From positions 310,001 through 374,000 of the forward strand of contig MCFH01000026.1 in assembly GCA_002104945.1 (NCBI GenBank): a stretch of DNA of 64,000 nucleotides, in the 5' to 3' direction. Position numbers and translations under genes: made by a program. Position 1 is the stretch's first letter. Every line of letters begins with the position of its first letter. Source of the DNA: Piromyces finnis finn. Lineage: Eukaryota > Fungi > Neocallimastigomycota. Below the pieces are notes generated by a model. That model was not told the DNA's origin. It ran no database searches and saw only the letters and a program-made list of their open reading frames with translations. Positions 53,796 through 64,000 of this stretch are shown here, one piece after another.

Positions 53796-54923
53796 ATGCC
53801 AAATTCTGGTGATACTATTTCTACTGTTTCAAACAGTAACAATAACTATATTGAAGAAGAAGAAATTATTCAAATTAAAAAGCCAAAAAAGAACATATTT
53901 AAAAAGTTCTTTAGTAAATTCAAAAAGAGTAAGAAAGAAAAGAGTAAGAAGGAAAAAAAGGGTAAAGCATCTCTTGAAATAGAAAATGAAACCAATAATT
54001 ATAATACAGTTACTTCTACTGTTTCATTTTCACTCCCAAGTACTTTAAATAATTCTAATCTTTGCTCTTCTTCAACAGCAACAGTAAAGTTTACTCCAAC
54101 TCAATATCAACCTGTTCCTTCTATTTTAAACCGATCTCTTTTCGTTGCTCCTTCTGATGATACTGTCTCAGAAGCTGATACTGAAATTACTTTGGTTGAT
54201 CCACTTATTGCAGAAAATAAAAAGAGTTCTATGAAAAAGAAAAAGTTATTAACAAGAAAAAAGCACAAGAGAAGACATTCATGGCAAGATAGTAGTTTTA
54301 ACGAACATATTGAAGATCCAAGAAATTGTAGAACAGTAACTAATATTAAGGAAATATTAGAAGCTGAAAGCAAGAAGGTTGAATTACATAATTATACATC
54401 TTCATCCTTTGAATTAGTAATGAATGAAGGACTTGCAGTAGAAATTAAGAAATATATTCCTCGTTTCTATCGTGAAGCTTGTAATCATTGGTATCTTGAA
54501 TATAGTCTTGGAGAACACGGTTCTAGTTTAACTACATTTTATGAAAGTCAAATGGATTTAGACTGTCCAATTGTCATGGTAATTACTGATAGTTATGATC
54601 AAGTTTTTGGTGCCTATCTTAGCGAACCATTTAATCTTGAAAAGAGTGGTTTTACCGGAAATAGAGAATGTTTCCTTTGGAAGAAAACAGATGATGGTTT
54701 AAAAATCTATCGTGCTAGTAGTATAAATGATTATTACATGATGTCTGATCAGGATTTTATTGCTATGGGAGTAGATGAAAATGGTGTTTTTGGACTTTTC
54801 CTTGATAATTTATTATTAAATGGGGAATGCAATAAATGTGATACCTATTTAAATGAAATTTTATCTTCAAAAAAACGCTTTGAATGTACTTCATTAGAAG
54901 TATGGTCTGTTCAATATGAATAG
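53796..54923 (+). CDS. TLDc-domain protein (OXR1-like)
   Basis: C-terminal WYLEYSLGEHGSSLTTFY, FGAYLS, GFTGNRECFLWK, FIAMG, FGLFLD, CDTYLNEIL, LEVW; disordered N-terminus. Confidence 0.92.
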   Translation: MPNSGDTISTVSNSNNNYIEEEEIIQIKKPKKNIFKKFFSKFKKSKKEKSKKEKKGKASLEIENETNNYNTVTSTVSFSLPSTLNNSNLCSSSTATVKFTPTQYQPVPSILNRSLFVAPSDDTVSEADTEITLVDPLIAENKKSSMKKKKLLTRKKHKRRHSWQDSSFNEHIEDPRNCRTVTNIKEILEAESKKVELHNYTSSSFELVMNEGLAVEIKKYIPRFYREACNHWYLEYSLGEHGSSLTTFYESQMDLDCPIVMVITDSYDQVFGAYLSEPFNLEKSGFTGNRECFLWKKTDDGLKIYRASSINDYYMMSDQDFIAMGVDENGVFGLFLDNLLLNGECNKCDTYLNEILSSKKRFECTSLEVWSVQYE

Positions 54924-56179
54924 TCTCAACATAAATATAAAAAGAATGTAAACATTCATTTTTTTTGAATTTATGTCTTTTTACTTTTAGATAAAAGATG
55001 GATTTTATCTTTTTTTTTTTTTTTTTTTTCTATTAAAGCAAATATTTTTTTTTTTTAAAAAAAAAAAATTTATTTATTTTTTAGAATTTAGTAATACTAT
55101 CAAATCAATTCCTTTTTCTTCATTAACCCTATCTATTATTTTAGTATATAGCAAGTAGGCTAAACTAAACTAAACTAAAAAAAAAAAAATATAAGAATTA
55201 TTATAGATATGTTTTTATCATTTTAAATATACCAAAAAACATGGATATAATTTTTTTTACTAAAAAAAATATACCACTTTATATATATTTATACCAAAAA
55301 TATACCTAATATAAAAATATCTGAAAATTAATAATAATCTCAATAATAATAATTATTATGAATTTAATATATAACAAAATTAAAAAATCATTTAATAAAA
55401 AAAAAAAAAAAACTTTTTTTTTTACCATAATTTTATATATCCATTAACTTTTTTTTTTCTTTTAAAGTTTAATTTTATAACTCTTTCTTTTAATAAAAAT
55501 AAAATATTATTTAACAATAATATTATAAATTGTAACGTTGTTTAAAAAAAAAAAAAAAAAAGAAAAAATTATAAACATACCATTTCAGTAATTATCATTC
55601 CCTTTTTTTTTTTTTTTATTTATTAAATGTATCTCTAATAAAATTATATTTCTTTTTTTTTTTTTTTTTAAAAAAAATAATTTTGTTATATTTATCCTAC
55701 CTTTTTATTTAATATTTATTTAGAGAGATTAATATTTATTTTATTTTATTATTTATACTACTAATAATCTATATATAATAGTTTCACACATATACACACC
55801 TAACTTAACTAACCTATATATTTTTTAATATATATAATTTTATCTTTTTTAAAAAAAAAAATTATTAAAAAGACTAAATGAATAAATAAATAAAAAGAAA
55901 TTAAAACTTTTTTTTTTTTTTTTTCTTTTTTAAAAAAAAAAACGATATGAATAATTAAAATCTTTATTTTTTTTTTTAAAGGATTTTTATTTTATTATCC
56001 TTTAAGTCCAACCACAACTACAACAAAAAGTAATAATAAAATTTTAAAATGAAAATGAAATAGTAAAATATATTCATTTTATTATATTTTATTATGTATA
56101 TAATTAAATAATAATAATAAAATTTATGTAAAAATAAAGAAAAAAAAAAAAAAAAAAACCAAATCATTATTATTGCTTC

Positions 56180-56210
<31 letters not shown>

Positions 56211-57192
56211 CTATCTTTTATTTTATTATCTCTAAATTCTATCTCTTTTATTTTTACCCCCTTTATATATAAATTATTATTATAGATTTATAAATATTTA
56301 CTACATTTTATCTTTAAACTATTTTTTTTTATTTTATAATTTATAATACCTTCTACTTCGCATTTAGAGTAATGCTATTTTATATATTGAAGTGAAACTA
56401 CAAATGATATTGCTAATATTATTAAAAAGTGAAATTATTTAAAACAAATTAAAACAAAAACAAAAAAAAAAATTTTGCTTTGAAATAAAAATTATATATA
56501 TATAAAAGAAAAACGAACAAATAAACAAACAGACAAATAAAAATAAAATAAAAAAAACAACAACAACAATATATATATTCCCATTTTTATATTTAGAAAA
56601 GAAAAAGTGTTAAAATTATAATAATTAAAAAGTTTTTTATATCATTTTATTTAATTCCCCTTTTGATTATTACTTTTTTTTTATTTAGAATATAGTCATT
56701 AAAATATAAATTGAAGTATCATAAATTTGGGATGTGTTGATTATTTTGTTTAAACTATTTTTTAGAATCATTCATTTTTTTTAAGAGTTTAGATACTAGA
56801 TTAAATAGTACCCTAACGACGATCATCGGTCAGAGTTTAGTTTGGAATTTATTAGAATATAAAAAGTGGAAATTTAATAGCTATAGATCACAGCGTTTCT
56901 TTTGATCTTTTACATATTATAATGTAGTCGTTTGTTAAATTTAAATATAATAAATTTAATGTTTTTTTTTTTTTTTTTTTTTTTTTATATATATATAGGA
57001 GATTGTTGGTGAAATTTAAAAATAAAATCCTTTATTGATAAAATTAACATATTAATAGATTTCTTTAATAGAAATCTTTAATACTCTATTTTCATCTATT
57101 TTTTTTATTTTATTATTGTTTTTTATATCAAAATGTATAGTGATTGAGAAATAAAACAGACCAATAAATAAAAAATATACTTTATTAAAACT

Positions 57193-57672
57193 TTATTTTA
57201 CTTTAATTTTTTCAGTATCATTATCATTAACATTGCCATAACCATCGTTTTTATTATTAGGCTTTATATCTATGCAATCTTTTCTTTTTTTTTTTTTTTT
57301 AGCTATTCCCTTTTTAATTATTTTTCTTTTTATTACTTTACTTTTGATAACCTTCTTTCTTATTATTCCTCTTTCTTGAGTAGCTAATCCCAATTCATCC
57401 AAAGCTTTAAGTAAACGCATCTTGTCAAGTTCGAATTTTAATGCTAAATCGTTGATTTTATAATTTAGATTGTAATAGAATTCTTTTACAATCGATAATT
57501 CATCTTCATTTAATCTAGTAATTTTCTTTTTTATATCTTTGATATCCATACGAACTTTTAATAATCGTAATGTAAATTCAATACTTGATCTTTTTCTCTC
57601 CATTATTTTACCATATTCAATACCTTCCAGAAAAGAAGCATGCATGTTTGATCCATAATCCGATGCATTCAT
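57193..57672 (-). CDS. protein resembling the C-terminal tail of bacterial Rpn/PD-(D/E)XK nuclease-transposase family
   Basis: FLEGIEYGK..ERK..IEFTLRLLKVRMDIKDIKKKITRLNEDEL matches the recalled tail pattern EGxExG...A..LL..GMD...I..IT.L...E. No nuclease domain lies upstream. Confidence 0.55.
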   Translation of the reverse strand: MNASDYGSNMHASFLEGIEYGKIMERKRSSIEFTLRLLKVRMDIKDIKKKITRLNEDELSIVKEFYYNLNYKINDLALKFELDKMRLLKALDELGLATQERGIIRKKVIKSKVIKRKIIKKGIAKKKKKRKDCIDIKPNNKNDGYGNVNDNDTEKIKVK

Positions 57673-58009
57673 TTATTTTATTTCTTTTCTTTGCTTTTTT
57701 TTTTTTTTTTCCTTTTCTTTTAATAAAAAGGAAAATGTTACTTTTTTGTTTTTTTAAAATTTTTTTAAAAATCATTAATAATTAAAAATAGATTAATATA
57801 TTAAATAATATATTAATGATTATATTTTCTATTTATTCAATAAAATATATTTTTTAAAGTTTTTTTTTTAATTTTCGATAATTTAATTATTATCTATATT
57901 ACAATATAATTTATATATATAATATGTTTTTTTAAATTTTAAAAAATTTAAACTTCACCACCACCTAATGTCCTATAAAAAAAAAGCTTATGCACAACAA
58001 CAACGATAA

Positions 58010-59020
58010 TAATGAAAGAATTTTTCTATACTACTACTACTGCTACTACTACTAATACTAATACTACTACTAATACTACTACTAATACTAATACTACTAC
58101 TACTACTAATACTACTACTAATACTAATACTAATACTAATACTAATACTAATACTAATACTACTACTAATACTAATACTACTACTAATACTAATACTAAT
58201 ACTAATACTAATACTAATACTAATACTAATACTACTACTAATACTAATACTAATACTAATACTAATACTAATACTAATACTAATACTAATACTAATACTA
58301 ATACTAATACTAATACTAATACTAATACTAATACTAATACTAATACTAATACTAATACTAATACTAATACTAATACTAATACTAATACTAATACTAATAC
58401 TAATACTAATACTAATACTAATACTAATACTACTACTAATACTACTACTAATACTACTACTAATACTACTACTAATACTACTACTAATACTACTACTAAT
58501 ACTAATACTACTACTACTACTACTAATACTAATACTAATACTAATACTAATACTAATACTAATACTAATACTAATACTAATACTAATACTAATACTAATA
58601 CTAATACTAATACTAATACTAATACTAATACTAATACTAATACTAATACTAATACTAATACTAATACTAATACTAATACTAATACTAATACTAATACTAA
58701 TACTAATACTAATACTAATACTAATACTAATACTAATACTAATACTAATACTAATACTAATATTAATACTAATACAATTATTAAAAGGTAATATGGATAT
58801 CAAAGATATAAAAAAAATTTACTAAGCTAAATGAAGATGAATTATCGATTGTAAAAGAATTCTATATTTTACAATCTAAATTATAAAGTCAACGATTTAG
58901 CATTAATATTTGAACTTGACAAGATGCGTATACTAAAAAAATTTAGATGAATTGGGATTAGCTACTAAAGAAAGAGGAATAATAAAAAAGAAGATTATCA
59001 AAAATAAGGTTGAAATAAAC
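58010..59020 (+). pseudogene. inverted, frameshifted copy of the 57193-57672 gene interrupted by an (ACTAAT)n array
   Basis: From 58776 onward (ATTATTAAAAGGTAATATGGATATCAAAGATATAAAA...GAATTGGGATTAGCTACTAAAGAAAGAGGAATAAT) the sequence matches the reverse complement of ~57330-57575, with indels. Confidence 0.85.
58030..58775. repeat. (ACTAAT)n/(ACT)n microsatellite, ~745 bp
   Basis: Directly visible; source of the poly-TN and poly-IS ORFs. Confidence 0.97.
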
Positions 59021-59049
59021 TTTAATAAAAAGACAATATTTAATATTAA

Positions 59050-59760
59050 AAGATCTCTTGGAAACATTTTATTTAAAGATATGTCATTTAGAAATTGTAG
59101 TAAAAAAAAAAAAGTGTAAATGTACTTGCAGTTAAAGTAATATATATATATATATTTTAAATTTAGTTGTACTGGATGTATATGAAAATAATTTATATTA
59201 AAAATTCTTATTTTTATGATAATATAATACGATAATTCTGATCTAATTATAAATAATGATTAATTAAATAAAGAAATCATCAACATGGCATCTAATCCAA
59301 TAGTATCAATAAAGGATTCATAATGGCAATAATGTTTCTGGTTCAATTATGGAGGAGCCTTCTATATATCAATAAATTTTTAAACATTTACCTAAATATA
59401 ATTTTATAGGCATATATGATAAAAAGAATATATAAATTAATTGTATATTTTTTTAACAATTAAATAAAATTAAAGGGAATAATGATATTTTAAATATAGT
59501 TATTAATGATTCTAAAAGTATAATAGGTGATAAATAATGAATATATAAATAAAATATAAAATATAAAATTATTTTTCATTTTAAATAAAGGATTAGCAAT
59601 TTTAATAATTGTTCTGATAACAACAATATATATACATTAATAAACAAAATGGTAAATATATAATGCTACTACTATACCGCTATACTGTTGGAAATAGGTG
59701 AAGATTCTAATAGAAAATGTTGAAATGAATATTAATCTTTAAAAATTATCTAATGGATAT
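59050..59760 (+). pseudogene. possible decayed gene fragment (beta-helix/adhesin-like)
   Basis: Stop-riddled coding-like patches such as ILFKDMSFRNCS and NYGGAFYI. The family assignment is speculative. Confidence 0.25.
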
Positions 59761-60293
59761 AAGTAATTATTAAATATGAATTTTTTTTTTATTATGATAA
59801 CCAAATTTGTATTTATATATTTTTATGTACTTTTGTATGTTTTAATTATATCCTAGTATTTATATACTTTTAAAATATTTAATGTAAAGAATAAAATTCT
59901 TTCTTTTCGTAGAGTGATTTTTCAGTATTAAAAAAAAAAAAAACACATAAGATGAAGTTATATATATAAATAATAAAACAATTTAAATTATTTTTCTAAT
60001 TTTGTTTTATTTTATTTTCGAAATTTAATAATGAAACATAATAAAACATTGAAAAATAATGGTTTTTTTTTATTATGATGAATTTATACAATTATGTTGT
60101 AAAAAATAAATAAAGAAAAAAGAGAAAAAAAAAGACAAACTATAAAGATAAATAATATAAATGAACCATTTCTTTTTTTCTCTCTAGATAATAATTAAAA
60201 ATAATGATAATATACACAATTTCTATTATACAATGAATTATTAAAAAGAAAAAAAAAAATGTTTTCTTTTATTTTTTTGTTATAATAATTAAA

Positions 60294-63200
60294 TTACTTT
60301 TTATTTTCGTATTCAATAGTATCGTAGAAGTCATTTTGAGCTTGAGTAATTAATTCCTATATATAAATAATTATATAAATTATATATTTTAGTATATATA
60401 GATGTATATATTTTTTGAATAACTAATATTTTATATAGATGTATATATTTTTTGAATAAATAATATTTTATAAAGATGTATATATTTTTTTCAAATAATA
60501 TTTCATTTACTTGAATAGTTTCAGCGCTTGGTTCTGGTAAGGCATCTGCCTTTTTAAGTTGTTTAACACGTTTTTCTCTGAGTGTACTTTCTAGAGCCTT
60601 TTCTCTTTTACCTTCACGTTCTAACATCTATATAAATTTATTTGTTTATTTAGAGAATAAACAAAAAAAAATAAAAATAATTTGTTTTTAGTATAAAATA
60701 TAAAAAAATATTGTATAATAATTATTATTTAATTTCAATAGGATTAAGAATAATTAAAAAGGTAAAAAGTAAAAAAAAAAAAAAAAGCTTTTTTTTTTTT
60801 TAAACATACTTCAGAGAATATTTTCTTTTCATTATTTTGAATATTGACTAAACCATCAGATAAACCTAAGAGAGTTGTAGTACCATCTCTTGCACCTACA
60901 GCTAACATTTTACCTTGTTCTTGAGCTTGTATAGTATGAATTGGTGCATCACAAACTTGGAATGTAAGTGTTGGATCATTTTGTTTAAATAGAAGATCCC
61001 AAACATCTATAGAACCATCCATTTTTGTAGTATATAAGACACTGGGTCTAGTAGTACTCCAACAACCATCAGTTAAGTATGGTGTAGAATTTTTAGTTAT
61101 AAGAAGTGGGAATTTAACATCTTCAGACCATATCTTTTATAGATTACCATTAAAAATGGTGATAAAGAAAAAAAAATTAAGTAAAATAAAAAAAAGAAAG
61201 TTTAACATTTTATTCATTTAATATGTTAGAAAAATAATATATATATGCTAACCTTGCATGACCAATCACCAATAGTTAAGAAGTTCTTTAAGAAGAATGG
61301 ATTTCTCTTTAAAATTTTATTTATTTGAATAATTTATCATTCAAATTAATGAAAAAAAAAATAGCAATGTTAATGTTAATATATTTATATTTTTTTTTTT
61401 GAAAAAAAGAAATAATAATTTTTTACAAATAAATAAAAAAAAAGGTATTTCAATTTACTCTTAAGGAATAAATTGGTCCTAAATGAGCTGGATAGTTATG
61501 AACAATTTTTTCAGCAGCTGTTTTTCCTTTTTTATTACAAATTAAAATGTTACCAGTTTCAGTACCAATCATGAATTTAGTTGGCTATAGATATGCATAT
61601 TAATTAATTTCAATGAAAAAGAATAGTTAAATATATAGAGATGAATTAAATATTATAATTAAAATGGATTAATAAATAGATTATTTTATTATCATTATTT
61701 TTAAATAAATAAATAAGTATACATATATATATATATATATATATTATTTCTGAATATTTACCATAGTAGATTCAAAATCTATGGTAGTACCACCAACGAT
61801 TTTTCCATTCTTTTCAGCATCAATTAATAAAGTTTCTGTAGGTTCACTTAATTTTCTAATATCCCACCATAAACATTTACCATCTGTAGATACTGAGAAG
61901 AATTCGGAACCTGATTTAGATTGAATCCAAGATAAACCAAATACGGGATCATTATGACTTTTTTCAATTAAAGAGGAATCTACTGGATATTGACCTTTTC
62001 TTAAATCCCAATAGGCTAATTTTATTAAAGATATTTAAAAATGTATATAAAAATATAAAAATAAAAATTTCATGTTTTTTTTTTTTTTTTTTTTTTTGTT
62101 GTTGTTGTTGTTGTTTGAAATATATAAATTTATTGAAGATTATAGATATAGATATTTATTAGTTTATTATATATATTGGTGTAATATTTAATATTATTAA
62201 TGAAAAAAGTATATATATATGTATAATGACAAATCAATGTAATAGTATAATGATACATTACAGACTAAACCATTGTAGGAACCACCAATTAAGATATGTG
62301 GGTCCTTTGGGTTATATTTTAAAGTGACAAGAGGTGAGGAAGGTGTAATAGTTTGATCAATAACATTTGGATTTTCAATATCCCAAATATAGGAATCTAA
62401 ACACATATTATATGGCATTTTTTGGAATTGAAGTATTGAATAGGCGACAGCAATTTTATGGTTATCATCTGGATACCATGAAACACATGATGCAGCTCTC
62501 TTTATTGGATTTGGATCACTATTTTTTTATGTTATTGTGATATTATTTAGTATTATATGAATACGAATATATACATATATATTTTTTTGTTTTTTATAAT
62601 AATTTATAAAAACATTCATCATGATAATGAATAAGGTTGTTGTTTTAAAATAACAAAATGAATAGGAATAATAATTATTTAAATATTATAAAAACAAAAT
62701 TAATTAATTATATACAATATATATGTGTATATATTATGTTATAAATTAAGAAAGATGTATATTTAAAAGGTTTTTTTTTTATTATAATAGATATTGTTGT
62801 GGTAATATATTTTCATTTTTATTTTCCTGTCTCCACCTTTTTTATTATTATTACTGATAATATATATAATAAATAATATTTACCGATAAACATTATAAGT
62901 TTTAAGTGATGGTGGTTCAACCACTGGTGGTTCAGATTCAATTTCATCTTTAAAGTATTCTTCATAAATATCAATAGCATTATTTTGTTTAATACATTGT
63001 TCCATGGTCTATTCAATATTTCATTTTTTTTTTATTTTCATATTTTTAATTTAATGTGCGTCAAGGGGTGATAAAAAAAAAAATTATATAAATTATATAA
63101 AATAAAATAAAAAAGTTAAAAATGTTATTTTACAAAACTACTTTTATCAATTATTTTTTTTTTCTTTTTTTTTTGTATCAAATTTATTGAAAAAAACAAT

Positions 63201-63929
63201 TTTCCGAGAAAAATTAATAACGAATAAATGTTACTATTGTAGTATATTAATCATCATGAATGAAGGTGTCTTACATCACCAAGAGTTTTAACTGATTTAA
63301 TATATTCTTCATCTTTTTCAATTTTTTTCCTATAACGAATAGTATGTTCTACATCTGAAGGATCAACATCTTTAGGCCATCCACCTTGTAAATGTAATAT
63401 ACCTTGATTTGCAAAAGTTAAACTTTCAGTATTTACCTTTTTGATTATTATTATTATTTATAAAAAAAAAAAAAAAAAAGGTATACATATATATAATTTT
63501 TTAATAAATATCTATTATTTTTTTATGAATTAACTATTTCATTTCTTAAAAAAAAAAAAAAAAAAAAAGAAAACTATGTTGAATATTTTAAATATTTTAT
63601 TATATAATATTTTTAAAAGTTTTTATCCATTATAATTTTCTTTTTTATTATTATCCAAAAGGTTAAACTTCATCATTTAGAAAATATTATAGATAAAATA
63701 AAATAAATAATAAAAAAAAAACATCCGAATTAATTTATATTATTACTTCATGTTCAGATTGTTCAGGAACACATTGACATTCCACTGAACAAAACTTTTT
63801 TTCGGTAAAATTTTCCATATAGCTTGGATCTGGTTCTATATCCACAGATTGCCATGCTGGTTTATTTCTAAATAATGGTTGTTTTCCAAATTCATTTCTT
63901 TTCCTCTGATATACATAGACAATTTCCAT
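60294..63929 (-). CDS. DNAI2: axonemal outer-arm dynein intermediate chain 2 (DNAI2/IC69/ODA6), 10 exons
   Basis: Exons 63929-63747, 63436-63275, 63008-62884, 62518-62262, 62015-61762, 61584-61459, 61306-61253, 61133-60810, 60627-60511, 60356-60294. Motifs [41 protein letters not shown]40 repeats, [15 protein letters not shown]. Confidence 0.96.
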
Positions 63930-64000
63930 TTTATAGCAAGCTTTTTTTTTTTTTTTTTTTTTTTATATCGAAATGGGTATTATAAAATGCTTTATATTAG

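Noticed and set aside
24228-54373. Antisense ORFs at 24228, 24292, 32454, 33586, 33933, 35858, 45938, 46003, 46664, 46961 and 54107
   Set aside because: They are shadow or alternative-frame ORFs overlapping well-supported genes.
56805-56920. ACCCTAAC as a telomerase RNA template, or a C/D snoRNA on the minus strand
   Set aside because: An 8-nt match is expected by chance; there is no pseudoknot evidence, no proper box C and no terminal stem.

Overview
Extremely AT-rich, intron-rich eukaryotic DNA. It is most consistent with an anaerobic gut fungus (Neocallimastigomycota), inferred from a CotH kinase with fungal dockerins, a flagellar outer-arm dynein gene and long simple-repeat tracts. I reconstructed these protein genes exon by exon by eye: OLA1/YchF, TBP, an orphan single-pass membrane protein, a GPI-type secreted protein with an agrin NtA-like domain, a Bem1-like SH3-PX-PB1 scaffold, an SLC35F5-like transporter, SMN, SERF/4F5, a 4-TM protein, a ~1549-aa CotH-dockerin protein with five copies of a ~170-aa module, REI1/ZNF622, a 1368-aa ankyrin protein, an OXR1-like TLDc protein, an Rpn/PD-(D/E)XK C-terminal fragment with an inverted, satellite-disrupted copy, and DNAI2. 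The strongest signals missed by the ORF track are non-coding: (1) a minor-spliceosome U11 snRNA with long AU-rich stem expansions; (2) an adjacent snR190-like + U14 snoRNA pair, arranged as in budding yeast; (3) a minus-strand cluster of four C/D snoRNAs, apparently one per intron of a non-coding host, including a duplicated orphan whose two copies have different self-complementary terminal stems. All family assignments come from motif recognition and remembered reference sequences. No searches or folding computations were run.
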